IMG/VR virus record: IMGVR_UViG_3300045988_152178
Reading direction: 5' to 3' (one strand)
DNA length: 64,000 nucleotides
Origin: a virus
Below, piece after piece: positions 8,460-18,337 of the stretch. Under the pieces are notes generated by a model. It made no database searches. It saw nothing but the letters and a program-made list of their open reading frames with translations, and had not been told where the DNA came from. Made by a program: the position numbers and the translations under genes. Positions within the stretch are counted from its first letter, which is position 1, and the number at the start of each line of letters is the position of its first letter.

Positions 8460-9056
8460 ATGTTTGAAATATACGTTAAAATGAAGAAGAAAAAGTGCTG
8501 GAAGCTTGCTATAGAGGTTCCAAACGCTTGGGGTGGAATGCCTCACCTTTGGATGTATTTGGAAAAGAAATACCTTCCATCTTACGTACCGGTAGGAGCT
8601 GATGGGAAACCGCTGGATTTGGAATGGGTGAAGGAAAAACAGGCAAAAGGTGAATATGCAAGTCGATGGTTCTATGCTTCATCCAGAAAGGAGATCGAGG
8701 ACCTACAGAAAGATTTCCGCTTAACTTATGAGGAAATGATGGTATTTAGATCTACCTTTGATTTTGCAAAGGTTTTAGGCGAGGATATACCAGTTTACCT
8801 TGAATGCTTAAAGGTTGTCGCTGATGAGTGTGGAGGTATATATCCACAACAATACAAAAAACTGAGTGCCTTTATTAAGGCTCACAGCATAAATGATATA
8901 GAGGTGATCGCTTTCAACCAGACAAGCGTAAACTGCGCCTGTGATTTCTTTGGCAACAGATACAATGAGCCAGCAGATAACTTCTGGGACTGTATGTGTC
9001 CAAAGGATTTTTATGACAATCTTAGAAAAGATTGTGATACTAAAGACGCATTTTAA
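8460..9056 (+). CDS. hypothetical protein
   Basis: 198 aa, ATG start; no motif recognised. Confidence 0.6.
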   Translation: MFEIYVKMKKKKCWKLAIEVPNAWGGMPHLWMYLEKKYLPSYVPVGADGKPLDLEWVKEKQAKGEYASRWFYASSRKEIEDLQKDFRLTYEEMMVFRSTFDFAKVLGEDIPVYLECLKVVADECGGIYPQQYKKLSAFIKAHSINDIEVIAFNQTSVNCACDFFGNRYNEPADNFWDCMCPKDFYDNLRKDCDTKDAF

Positions 9057-9080
9057 TGATTTTAAATAGATATAAAATTT

Positions 9081-10295
9081 ATGAGTTTATACACAAAAGA
9101 AGAAAAGAAAAAATCCCTTTGGCATCCTATTACCGATGAGGATTTCAACATTGATTTCAGTAAGCCGTTTGTCGTTTGCGCGGAAGATATGTCTCTCTTT
9201 ATCGTAGATGGTTTGCAGGATTTGTATGAGAACTACATGGACCAAGAACAATTCTTCGATTTCAAGGCGCAAACCTTGTCTGAAGAAGGAAAAGAATATT
9301 TCCGAGATAATTACTTCGGCTATATGTATCTCGATGAAGATTTCTACAAGGCAATAGAATGGGCAAAGGGAAAGTACCTCGAAGACGTAAAAGGTGAACA
9401 AGAGAGACCAGTATTGTTCGCTATGGATAAATATGGACCAAAGGTGTTTGATCATTTCGGTTTCGAGATGAATGGTATTCCCTTATACGAAGGAACTCCT
9501 GAGATGAGCAGAGAGTTTGCTGCAAGTCATCCTGGGTTATATGATGTAGAGTATATCGTTAACTTAAATCGGGTTCCTGCAACCTCCCTCTATGCCCTAT
9601 TTGTGGCTCCTCTTGATGAGCCTAAAATCGCTTATGTGGTAACATCGGGTAAGTATAGCGATTACCACGTCGATGGAGTGTTTTCTGATAAACAGAAAGC
9701 AAATTCGTTTGTTAACAAAGCCTATGATAGGGCTATTGAACGATATAATATTGATGACGAGGAGCAGCTTCGAGAGGAAAACTGGTACGGAATTGATGTT
9801 TTTATAAGTAAATCCTCAAAAGTCAAGAGCGTTCTTGTTAACGATTTATGCAAGTCTGATAGGTATTTCGATGCGGTAAGTTTTACGCTTAGAGAAGGTG
9901 CAGGTGATTGTTTTTCATTTTATCTGAAAGCTCTCAATCGCGACAAGGCAAAAGCAATAGCTTTAGAGCGTTTCCATGCTCTCTTGGCAGTAGAATCTTC
10001 TCATTTCCATATGTTAAGATGGACGCGTGTTAGAACACCTTATTGCAGTTCTGATGGTTTCCAGGAAGGTCTCGTATTTGGGTATTTCGATTATAAGGCT
10101 TATCTAAGTAAGAGGACGGAGCGAGTACAAGACCTGTTTATGAAGATCAAAGATTCCTTACCTATTCCATTAACTGACGAGGACGAGGATCATATCGACT
10201 GGCAAAATCTTACAGAGTCCGTTTGTCTGCAGCTTATGGATAGTCATGGCTTAAAGGTAGAAATGAAAGAAGATTTGCCTATGGTGTTTATGTGA
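9081..10295 (+). CDS. hypothetical protein
   Basis: 404 aa, ATG start; no motif recognised. Confidence 0.65.
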   Translation: MSLYTKEEKKKSLWHPITDEDFNIDFSKPFVVCAEDMSLFIVDGLQDLYENYMDQEQFFDFKAQTLSEEGKEYFRDNYFGYMYLDEDFYKAIEWAKGKYLEDVKGEQERPVLFAMDKYGPKVFDHFGFEMNGIPLYEGTPEMSREFAASHPGLYDVEYIVNLNRVPATSLYALFVAPLDEPKIAYVVTSGKYSDYHVDGVFSDKQKANSFVNKAYDRAIERYNIDDEEQLREENWYGIDVFISKSSKVKSVLVNDLCKSDRYFDAVSFTLREGAGDCFSFYLKALNRDKAKAIALERFHALLAVESSHFHMLRWTRVRTPYCSSDGFQEGLVFGYFDYKAYLSKRTERVQDLFMKIKDSLPIPLTDEDEDHIDWQNLTESVCLQLMDSHGLKVEMKEDLPMVFM

Positions 10296-10329
10296 TTAGC
10301 AAGTAGTCTCTATAATTTATAGAAAAGAT

Positions 10330-10692
10330 ATGATGATACAAATTCAAAATTGGGAGTCATCCCAAAAGATTATTATCGTGGATGAAATCAACCATGGTAC
10401 CGTACAGGTGGAGATACCAAAGCCTGGACCATACAAGGATGAGTATTACCAGTATGCCGATTGCGCTATCTACAACCTTTGGGTAGATGAAAAATACCGC
10501 AAGCGGGGAACGGCTTGCCTCCTGATGGAGACCGCAGAGCGGGAAGCCAAGAAACTTGGCTGCAAATTAGTGCAACTGGAGTGGAACGATAAAGATACCG
10601 AGGTTTTCGTTCTCGAATGGTATAAACGCCTTGGCTATCATGTAAAGGCATTGAACGAAAACGATCGGCTGTTGCTGGTAAAGGAAATTTAA
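10330..10692 (+). CDS. GNAT-family N-acetyltransferase
   Basis: 120 aa; LWVDEKYRKRGTACLLMETAEREAKKLG (acetyl-CoA binding R-x-x-G-x-A motif) and EWYKRLGY. Confidence 0.65.
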   Translation: MMIQIQNWESSQKIIIVDEINHGTVQVEIPKPGPYKDEYYQYADCAIYNLWVDEKYRKRGTACLLMETAEREAKKLGCKLVQLEWNDKDTEVFVLEWYKRLGYHVKALNENDRLLLVKEI

Positions 10693-10752
10693 AATCCTTT
10701 GTCCTCACCATTTAATATTAAATTATTAACTTTGCAAACAGAAAATAAGAAT

Positions 10753-11295
10753 ATGAATGAAACAGAAAAGCAGATGATGCTGCAACTGATGAATGAGTTT
10801 TACTCGTTTATGGAAGGCTCTGCCGGTAAAATGAACTTTGAAAATAATACCCTATGGGAAGAGATTGTAAACCTCGACCAGGAATGTGGTAATTATCGAG
10901 AAGTTGTAGTGGAAATCTATTTCACTGATGGAAGGTATATTCAACTGCATAACCACAGTTTTGAGTCACTTATCAATAATAGATATTGTGGTGACGATAT
11001 TCAGCTAATTCCAGACGAGAATGGACAACGTTTCCTTTCGATGGGAGGATTGGGAACATGTACTTATGAAGTTTATGTTCCGATGGTTAGCGTCAGTTAT
11101 GATGATCCTGAAATGGGGCAAACGTTAACCAGTTTCCCTATCTCCTCCGTTTATCGCATATCCCACAGTACCAAAAAGGTGAAGTGGTGCGAGAAGTGGA
11201 GAAAGTTAAGTCCGGAAGATATGAAGTTGCATGAGACTATCTTTCGGAACTTTCGGGAAAAGTATCTCAGTGAGCAGGCTGAAAAGAAGAAATAG
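10753..11295 (+). CDS. hypothetical protein
   Basis: Track ORF 10699..11295 has a non-ATG start; first ATG at 10753 (MNETEKQ). Confidence 0.55.
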   Translation: MNETEKQMMLQLMNEFYSFMEGSAGKMNFENNTLWEEIVNLDQECGNYREVVVEIYFTDGRYIQLHNHSFESLINNRYCGDDIQLIPDENGQRFLSMGGLGTCTYEVYVPMVSVSYDDPEMGQTLTSFPISSVYRISHSTKKVKWCEKWRKLSPEDMKLHETIFRNFREKYLSEQAEKKK

Positions 11296-11476
11296 TCTTG
11301 TAGTGTTTTCTCAATATCTACTTAATGTTTTTATTTATAGTAGTTTTAATTTTATGGTTAAACAGAATTTAAGGAACTCCTTCGTTGTGAAACGCGGGAA
11401 TCTTTGTTTTTCTTCATAAGTTCTCATGTATTGAAATATACAGATAGATAATACCAATTTCATTACTGTTGAGGAA

Positions 11477-11517
11477 GAGGGGCGGGTGTCGCGATGACAC
11501 CCGCCCCTCGTTTTTTA
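11477..11517 (+). terminator. rho-independent terminator closing the early + strand block
   Basis: Perfect 14-bp GC-rich stem GAGGGGCGGGTGTC / GACACCCGCCCCTC (11477-11490, 11496-11509) followed by G-TTTTTT; lies between convergent gene blocks. Confidence 0.75.
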
Positions 11518-11540
11518 CCTTTTTACTTTTTAACCCTTTA

Positions 11541-13541
11541 TTACACGTTCCTTCCGTCCGGCAGTACGAACCAACCGATATTGCCTCGCCAGAATTTGCA
11601 TCCTAAATATAGAGAGTCAAAGGCATCGGTAAAGTCAGTTCTTTGCTGCAATGGCAGATTTTCTTCCGTTTCCGGCTTTTTCTCCTGACTCTTATCCTTT
11701 CGGAATCCCTGATAGCCGATACTTACCTCACAAAGCTGCATGGCAATAATCAGGTCGGGATTGTTAAGCTGATTGATGCGGATGGCGGGATATTCTATGC
11801 CGGCAAGACCATTATTGATGATGCGGTGCTTCACCTCATGCTTCTCTGGCACACCCATATCTATCGCCGTCACATTCCAACCATTGCGCTCCAGTTCTTT
11901 GATAACTGCCTGATAGAATCGCTCATCTGTCAGCGCATACGAGGCACCCTGTTTTGCCGTAGCGTCATAGAAGTAAACCACATCACGGTTTACGGCTCTC
12001 TTTGGCGCATAATAGCGAGAAAAATCATCTATCAACTCCCTCAGCTTGCGCTCGTTCTTCACATAGAAGCTCTTGATAACATTGACTGCCTCCACTCCGT
12101 CACGTTGATATACCTGACCTACCACCAACGTATTGATGTTGGCGTTATAGTCAAATGCGAGATAGAGAGGAAGGTCGTTCACGCAGTCAGCATCCATACG
12201 GCAGTCGTTTCTTTCGGATAGCTCCTTCAAGTCCGGCTGATAGCTTTCTGAAGTAATCTTCTTGCCACCGATAATGCCCGTAGCCTTTTCTGTGCGGAAA
12301 TTAGCCTGAGATAGCGGGTCAATCTCATCGGGGATATAACCATGCACATGATCTATATCCAGGTTAGAATAGAAGCCATCGTTCGATTTCTTAATTTTTA
12401 CGTTCAATATCGAGACCATGAACGTATAGGGTGGAAGATCACGCTTCATCTGTCGGATATACTCCTCACCCAGAACGTCCACATTCGAAAGGGTAGATGC
12501 TCTTCTTACCACGAAAGCGGAGCGCCTTAACTCTCTCAGATACCCGTCCTGAAACTTTTTGGAACGCAGGAACATCTGCATCTCAAAATCTTCCTCCGGC
12601 GTAATCAGATATTCGTAATCATAGATGAGTTCGGCATCCTCGGCAGTAACTAACTTGTAGTTCACTGCCATATCCACCATGTTTTTGGTGATTTTCTTAC
12701 CATGGTTAGGCAGAATACGGAACATACCTTCATGCTTCAGCATTTTCAGCGCCACGGCACGGATCATTGTCTTTACCTCTGCTGGTACTACGTGAGGCGT
12801 GTGCCTCGTCTTCTTGGCATTATAGAGCAGGTCGTTATATCTGATTACCTTGTCGGCATAGTCTTCCAGCTCGCCCTGCACCCATCGGTAGGTCTTGCCC
12901 TTAAACTTACCCGTCTCTATTTCCAAGTCTAACTTTTCGTCCTCACGCTCCAGCCATGAGCCTTTTGCCGTGAGCGAGGCATCACTCACGAAACGGGTAG
13001 AGCGATAGAGAGGGTTGTAGTCAGAAAAGTTGATGTCGCCCAGCGGGTGTGTCTGTCCTGATAATGCCGGCATCAACTCCTCATCCACCTTCTTTTTCGG
13101 GAAGAACCTGCACTCATCCCCCACACATGCACTAAAAGTGTAACTGTTGGCACTTGCCGTCTGTGAGAGAGAAATCAATGCCCATTGTGCGCCATTGGCA
13201 AACCAGATGATGTTTTCATAGCTTTTCGGTTTGAAGATAGAAGGGCGCACATGCTTGGGTGGTCGCCCCCAACCCATGTGAATGCCTATCTGAAAACCGA
13301 ACATTCGCTCCATTGCCGCCATGGTACCCGGTATGGTTTTCGAGAAGCCCTGTTGTCGTGATACGGCTACCCATGCGCCCAGCATACCCGGCATGGAGTT
13401 GCTGGTCATCCATACGTAGGGTGCTACAAGACCATCGGTCTTTCCTGTGCGTCGAGCTGCAATATCTCTCTCGTCTCGCGCACCCATATATAGCGATTGT
13501 TGCTGAAATCGTGTTAAGTAAATCTGATGTGGTTGCTGCAT
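11541..13541 (-). CDS. terL: terminase large subunit
   Basis: Walker A-like AARRTGKTDG and Walker B-like ACVGDECRF near the N-terminus, about 670 aa. ATG at 13541 is preferred over the TTG at 13622, which would overlap the upstream methyltransferase. Confidence 0.75.
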   Translation of the reverse strand: MQQPHQIYLTRFQQQSLYMGARDERDIAARRTGKTDGLVAPYVWMTSNSMPGMLGAWVAVSRQQGFSKTIPGTMAAMERMFGFQIGIHMGWGRPPKHVRPSIFKPKSYENIIWFANGAQWALISLSQTASANSYTFSACVGDECRFFPKKKVDEELMPALSGQTHPLGDINFSDYNPLYRSTRFVSDASLTAKGSWLEREDEKLDLEIETGKFKGKTYRWVQGELEDYADKVIRYNDLLYNAKKTRHTPHVVPAEVKTMIRAVALKMLKHEGMFRILPNHGKKITKNMVDMAVNYKLVTAEDAELIYDYEYLITPEEDFEMQMFLRSKKFQDGYLRELRRSAFVVRRASTLSNVDVLGEEYIRQMKRDLPPYTFMVSILNVKIKKSNDGFYSNLDIDHVHGYIPDEIDPLSQANFRTEKATGIIGGKKITSESYQPDLKELSERNDCRMDADCVNDLPLYLAFDYNANINTLVVGQVYQRDGVEAVNVIKSFYVKNERKLRELIDDFSRYYAPKRAVNRDVVYFYDATAKQGASYALTDERFYQAVIKELERNGWNVTAIDMGVPEKHEVKHRIINNGLAGIEYPAIRINQLNNPDLIIAMQLCEVSIGYQGFRKDKSQEKKPETEENLPLQQRTDFTDAFDSLYLGCKFWRGNIGWFVLPDGRNV

Positions 13542-13576
13542 AATAGTAAAATTGTTATCCTGAATGTATGTTGATT

Positions 13577-14344
13577 TCAAAACAGAGAAGGCTGCGCCAT
13601 TTCGAGCTGAATGCGTTTGCAAGCCTTGTCGTAATATTCTTTGTTCAGTTCAAAGCCGATAAAGTTGCGTTTTTCACGGATTGCTGCGATGGCAGTAGTG
13701 CCGCTGCCCATGCAGTTGTCTAAGATAGTGTCGCCCTCGTTGGAGTATGTACGGATAAGATACTGGATAAGGGCGACTGGCTTTTGGGTGGGGTGCATAT
13801 CGAGATGTTTTTCTTTCTCGAAATAAAGCACCGAGATGGGATATTTTTCGGTTGTTACTTCTTTTGAATAAGTCTCAATACTATAGCTGCCATAGCAAGT
13901 ATTACCTTTCACCTTTCCATGTTTGCGGCCTCTTGAATGAGAAGGAAATCCTTGTCGCATTTGAGGATTATATGTAGGCAAAGCCCGATAGAAGACTGCA
14001 ATATCCTCATGACTTCTCATAGGCATCTTCTTTGCGTTCAGAAACCCCGTAGGTCGGTCTTTCTGCCAAATCAGATTATACCGCCAATTTTTAGGCTCTG
14101 CCATCATCAGTTGAGCCGTAAACATTCCTTGACAGAAAAGGATGATGGGAGCGTTAACTTTCGCTATACGCCAATACTCTTTGAAAAGAGGTTCGATAGG
14201 AATAATATTATCCCATTGAGCTTTTTCATTACCTCGGTTCAGAACCTCATAAGGCAAATCGCAGATAATGCAATCCACGCTTGCGTCCGGAATCTTTTTC
14301 ATTCCTATCAGGCAATCCTCATTATAAATCTTATTTAACTCCAT
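13577..14344 (-). CDS. DNA methyltransferase, N6/N4 beta class
   Basis: 255 aa; motif IV variant IICDLPYE near N-terminus and motif I NCMGSGTTAIAA near C-terminus (PF01555-type order). Confidence 0.8.
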   Translation of the reverse strand: MELNKIYNEDCLIGMKKIPDASVDCIICDLPYEVLNRGNEKAQWDNIIPIEPLFKEYWRIAKVNAPIILFCQGMFTAQLMMAEPKNWRYNLIWQKDRPTGFLNAKKMPMRSHEDIAVFYRALPTYNPQMRQGFPSHSRGRKHGKVKGNTCYGSYSIETYSKEVTTEKYPISVLYFEKEKHLDMHPTQKPVALIQYLIRTYSNEGDTILDNCMGSGTTAIAAIREKRNFIGFELNKEYYDKACKRIQLEMAQPSLF

Positions 14345-14364
14345 CCTCTATAACTCTATTTTTA

Positions 14365-14961
14365 TCAATTAAACCATTTTAGAATAGTTTCTCCTTTATA
14401 TCCTTTTTCCCAGATAAACCAGGCATAAGCTGCTGCGCTACTAGCCATTGCATTGAAATCGCCATTGGCAGCACATTTCAGTCGTGAACTGCTTACCCAT
14501 ACCCTGCATGGTGGCTGCGTTTGAAATAACCTGCGTCTTCCTTTCCCTTCAAGAAAAGTAAGTTTCAGGAACATAGCAACCTTTCTTCCTTCCGGAATAA
14601 TCTGCAAAGCCTTTTCCACGAAATCCAAGGCATATCGGTAGGGTGGATTGGTGACAATATCTCCGTTCCATTCTAAGTTGTCGATAGATAGAAAATCGGC
14701 TACCTCGCCATAACCTCTATCTATCAAATCACGACTGACTACATCGTAGCCGTGAGCTTTCAACACTTCGCTAATATGCCCTTCGCCACAAGAGGGTTCC
14801 AAAATTACCCCCCCGGTAAACTGTTCTATCTTGCATAGCCATTCCGTAGCAGCAGGTTCCGTGGCATAGTAGTCTTCTTTTTGGCGCTCACCATTTTTGT
14901 GATTGCTTGCACCCAATGTCTTAAATACGGCAGCATTGCCGCCTACCCAGTCTTTTGCCAT
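14365..14961 (-). CDS. DNA N6-adenine methyltransferase (NPPY type)
   Basis: 198 aa; SAM-binding ILEPSCGEGHI followed by IVTNPPYRY. Confidence 0.75.
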   Translation of the reverse strand: MAKDWVGGNAAVFKTLGASNHKNGERQKEDYYATEPAATEWLCKIEQFTGGVILEPSCGEGHISEVLKAHGYDVVSRDLIDRGYGEVADFLSIDNLEWNGDIVTNPPYRYALDFVEKALQIIPEGRKVAMFLKLTFLEGKGRRRLFQTQPPCRVWVSSSRLKCAANGDFNAMASSAAAYAWFIWEKGYKGETILKWFN

Positions 14962-14984
14962 ATTTTGATATAATTTCTAATTTC

Positions 14985-15221
14985 TCATTTCTCCTTTACC
15001 CTCCCCACATGCCATTTCTGGCAAGTCTTGCACTGATACGCTACATACCCTTGCGCCTTCAGTTCTGGTTTTTGGTTCAGAAACTCCCAGGCGGCATCTT
15101 CTGTTTCGTATGTCACCTTCGCCTTCCAGGTATGCTGCTTTCGGGTGTAATGTTCTGGGTCCGGAGTAAAGGGAGGAACCTTGTTGTGGTAGTGATGATC
15201 ACCATTGCGCTTACTCATCAT
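14985..15221 (-). CDS. small hypothetical protein (78 aa)
   Basis: Internal ATG of track ORF 14985..15431; start overlaps stop of upstream gene as ATGATGAGTAA; ends ...YQCKTCQKWHVGRVKEK. Confidence 0.45.
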   Translation of the reverse strand: MMSKRNGDHHYHNKVPPFTPDPEHYTRKQHTWKAKVTYETEDAAWEFLNQKPELKAQGYVAYQCKTCQKWHVGRVKEK

Positions 15222-16023
15222 CGCCTCCTTCCTTTTCGGTATCACCTTCTTCTTCCGGAATTTCCATTTCACCTTCCTTCTTCTCAGCACGATCATCCAG
15301 CACCTCTTCCATATACTCCATATAGTCAGGTACCTTTTCATTATGCTCCTGCAGACTTTCCTCTTCGGCAATATCCTGCATATCTTTTGCGGTAAGACCA
15401 TACTTGCGAGCCATCTTCTTCTTGTACTCATCGGTATAGTTCACCCTATCACGCTTCACGATGCTCACATCTTGCGTAATGGCAATGCGGCTCATATCCG
15501 GCATTTCCTCAGTAGCATCCTTCTCTTCCAGGAAGTTGCCATAAACGTTAGCCAATGCCTGCATACCCTTATCCACCGCACGGTCGTTGTTCTGCTGCTT
15601 GCCTGTACGGATAAGCCACTCAGCAGAGTTCAGATACATCGCCTTGTGACGAGGGCTTTCATCGGTCATAAAGAAGCGGATGATGTGGTTGCAGACTGCC
15701 ACATCATTTGTCAGCTCGGTAATGGTACGAGGTCTGATATTGCCTTCTTCGTCAATATCAATATGCAGCGCCATTACCATTTCTTGTGCTTCCTTCACAC
15801 CTCTGCCTGCCTGCTCCATAAACAGCGCATAGTCGCGCCTTGCTATGTTGCGGCAGGTAGTCTTGGGGTCTATATCGTTGTTCTGTACCCAGCGTTTATA
15901 GAACTCGTAGCAGAGCTGCATCCGATACTTCTGTTCCAGTTTCGGAAACATCGTGTCGATGCTCAGCCCATTTGATAGCCACTTGTCTATTCTTTGCAGG
16001 GTATTCTGCGTAAGTTGACTCAT
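15211..16023 (-). CDS. hypothetical protein with acidic C-terminal tail (possible small terminase; unproven)
   Basis: 270 aa, ATG start, in the operon upstream of methyltransferases and terL; no motif recognised. Confidence 0.55.
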   Translation of the reverse strand: MSQLTQNTLQRIDKWLSNGLSIDTMFPKLEQKYRMQLCYEFYKRWVQNNDIDPKTTCRNIARRDYALFMEQAGRGVKEAQEMVMALHIDIDEEGNIRPRTITELTNDVAVCNHIIRFFMTDESPRHKAMYLNSAEWLIRTGKQQNNDRAVDKGMQALANVYGNFLEEKDATEEMPDMSRIAITQDVSIVKRDRVNYTDEYKKKMARKYGLTAKDMQDIAEEESLQEHNEKVPDYMEYMEEVLDDRAEKKEGEMEIPEEEGDTEKEGGDDE

Positions 16024-16041
16024 TATCTAAAATGTTATGTG

Positions 16042-16892
16042 TTACAATGTTAAATCAATACCAAACTGACCTTCTAGGAACTTCTTGAAATCCGGTTTAC
16101 CGAATAGCGTGCCGTTCGCCTTTTCCCAATCTTTATTGTTGGCATAGAATACATCACGCGTAAACCATTCGTAAATGTTATCGTATCTGCTTATTGCTGG
16201 CGAGTCAGGATGTGTATCTAAAAATTTCTGTCCGGCACGCAGATAAGCCTTGGCTATGCGGGGATGCTTCTGAAACTCGATAAGGCGTTTGTGTCTTGAA
16301 GCCAGCGGGCAGCACATACAGCCGAGTCTTCGGGTAACGTCGATTTGCCCCCCGTATCATAATATACTGGTGCCAGCTTCAATCCTCTGTCGAGAATGAA
16401 ATCCCTTACGTCTTCATTAGTCCACTCTAAGATAGGGTAAATCTGCTCCACATGGTTCTCTTCTTTCTTTGCACCAAAATATCGGCACTCGGTAGGCTCA
16501 TTATATCTTTCCTTTCTTGCTCTGCTTTCTTCTTTGCGCACACCGATAACGGTTTTATCGAGGATTTTATATTCCTTCAGAACCTCACAGCAGAAACGAC
16601 TGAAGCGATTAGGGAACCCTTTCTTTGCGACAAGCTGAAAGAAATTCTCTTTAGGTCTGATAATTTCCACACCCATCTCCTTCACGTGGGCGATAGTGCC
16701 CGGTGGGTCGATGGTGGTGTTCTTGTATATCGCCCGATACTTGATACCGGCTTCCTTAGCGAGTTGAAGAATCACATCACTATCTTTACCGCCCGAATAA
16801 GCCAGTTCTATATCTCCATCGTACCTTTTCTGTACGCTTTGCAGGAGACGGATAGACTGCTCTATCTTTTTCTGTAATTGCTCGTTTATCAT
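16042..16892 (-). pseudogene. PAPS reductase-like PP-loop protein, split by a frameshift at a homopolymer
   Basis: N-terminal ORF 16254..16892 carries LAYSGGKDSDV (PP-loop). The C-terminal part RRLGCMCCPLASR... continues in the -1 frame (ORF 16042..16317) directly after a run of six C at 16348-16353 (G6 in the mRNA sense). Confidence 0.7.
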
Positions 16893-16923
16893 TTTGCGCC
16901 TTTTTATTTATTTTATCTGCCCA

Positions 16924-16960
16924 CAAAATTACGAAATCGCCCCTAAATGGTTGGGACAAA
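16924..16960 (-). promoter_or_regulatory. phage promoter-like motif P1 (minus strand)
   Basis: Reverse complement reads TTTGTCCCAA-N19-TAATTTTG; 31 nt upstream of the ATG at 16892. Confidence 0.5.
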
Positions 16961-16965
16961 AGTTT

Positions 16966-17002
16966 TTTGTCCCCATCGTAGGGCAAAAATATTCTACCTT
17001 TG
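16966..17002 (+). promoter_or_regulatory. phage promoter-like motif P2
   Basis: TTTGTCCCCA-N19-TACCTTTG; back-to-back with P1 so the two upstream boxes form the palindrome GGGACAAAAG TTTTTTGTCCC; 44 nt upstream of ATG 17047. Confidence 0.5.
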
Positions 17003-17046
17003 CATAGTATTAAAAAACATAGGATAACATTAAAAAGAAAAAAGAA

Positions 17047-17667
17047 ATGCAAAGTTTAATTCCAACCCTTACCAGGTTTCTTGCAGCCATTATCGGCTTA
17101 GTGTGGTGCACACTGGAACCATCTCTTAACTACATTGCCGTATGCTTCTTCGCTCTTGTCTGCGACTGCTACACGGCATGGCGCTGCAACTGCCGCATCT
17201 ATTCTCGCTATCGTGAGGCTATCAAGAAAGACCCTCGATGCAAAATTGACGGGAAACTGAAATCTAAGAAAATGGCAAAGATGGTGAAGGATTTCTCCGT
17301 CCTCATCCTTGCGATATTCTTAGCTACGATGGTAGATACCGTGATACTCGATTTCCAAAATCCTCTCCATCTCGCTAATTATCTTGCCGCCATCTATTGT
17401 GGTGTGCAGCTCGTAAGTATTCTCGAAAACGAGAGTACCTGTAATGGGGCACCCTGGGCAAGAGTGATGCAGAAGATTGTAGCCGATAAAACCGAAAGGC
17501 ACTTCAATGTAAAGCTGAAAGACTTGATGAAGGAAGAAGAGGAGGAAACTCCATCGGCTGAGAAGAAAGATGAAGTAGAGGCAACTCCGGAAGATGACAA
17601 GAAGAAAGAAAATGATAATGACGATTGGATTCCGCAGAAACCTGCAGACCCGGTAATGGGCATGTAA
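17047..17667 (+). CDS. holin-like membrane protein (holin family 4_1 / TcdE-like pattern)
   Basis: 206 aa; three hydrophobic segments, conserved-looking KSKKMAKMVKDF and VQLVSILENES, charged Lys/Glu/Asp tail. Confidence 0.5.
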   Translation: MQSLIPTLTRFLAAIIGLVWCTLEPSLNYIAVCFFALVCDCYTAWRCNCRIYSRYREAIKKDPRCKIDGKLKSKKMAKMVKDFSVLILAIFLATMVDTVILDFQNPLHLANYLAAIYCGVQLVSILENESTCNGAPWARVMQKIVADKTERHFNVKLKDLMKEEEEETPSAEKKDEVEATPEDDKKKENDNDDWIPQKPADPVMGM

Positions 17668-17731
17668 TGTGCCAATATCTCTTAATTTCTGTACGCTATC
17701 AGTTAATAATGTGTTAAAATCTCTTTGAATT

Positions 17732-18334
17732 ATGACAATATCAAATGTTTTGGAACATTGGGCAACGATATATAAGCCCTTATCCCATAACCCGACAAGC
17801 AAGAAACTGGAAGACCAGAGTTTCTTCCGCATCCGTGATATTGATGAGGAAAATATCTTTTCTCGCAACGCCAATATCATTCACTCTCCCTGTATGCTCT
17901 ATCGTGTGGTTAACTCCGGAGAGCTGAAATCGGATAAGCAAGCCCTGATTACCTATCAGGTCTGTTTCCTAACCCGACTGAAAGACTCTTCTGCCACATT
18001 GGGCAGATACGATGGTGGCAAATTGCAGGCTGCATCGGATGATCTGATGGAGTATTGCGAAGACCTTGCATCCTATCTCACTCAGCTTCGACGCACGGGT
18101 ATCTGTCCTATCACGGGCAGAAACTTCAAGACGGAAGAGCCTAAGTTGGGCATAGAATTGTCATCCGTCGATATAGAGAGTTTTGCCTATGGTGTAAACC
18201 CTCTTTTCCGTGGTCCGAGCTGGCTCCTTGCTGATTGCTATTGGCAGACTATCCGTCCGCTATATAACTTCCAATGCGGGAAGGAGCAGAAATATATCAT
18301 TCCTGCATCAACAGAAGACGGAAAGGAGGGATAA
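17732..18334 (+). CDS. hypothetical virion-associated protein
   Basis: 200 aa, ATG start, upstream of tape measure gene. Confidence 0.6.
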   Translation: MTISNVLEHWATIYKPLSHNPTSKKLEDQSFFRIRDIDEENIFSRNANIIHSPCMLYRVVNSGELKSDKQALITYQVCFLTRLKDSSATLGRYDGGKLQAASDDLMEYCEDLASYLTQLRRTGICPITGRNFKTEEPKLGIELSSVDIESFAYGVNPLFRGPSWLLADCYWQTIRPLYNFQCGKEQKYIIPASTEDGKEG

Positions 18335-18337
18335 GCT

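Noticed and set aside
11643-12221. 192-aa + strand ORF inside the terminase gene
   Set aside because: It is antisense to terL, which has Walker motifs. No promoter or coupling signals.
13542-13622. Longer terminase start at 13622
   Set aside because: That start codon is TTG and would overlap the methyltransferase gene by 46 nt. The ATG at 13541 in an ATTATG context is preferred.
14808-14814. C7 homopolymer inside the NPPY methyltransferase gene
   Set aside because: The gene reads through in frame (EQFTGGVILEPSCGEGH), so there is no frameshift. Kept only as a control for the homopolymer hypothesis.
14955-15975. + strand ORFs 14955..15395 and 15205..15975
   Set aside because: They are antisense to the minus-strand operon genes, which show overlapping stop/start coupling (ATGATGAGTAA). 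Composition is hydrophobic and low-complexity.
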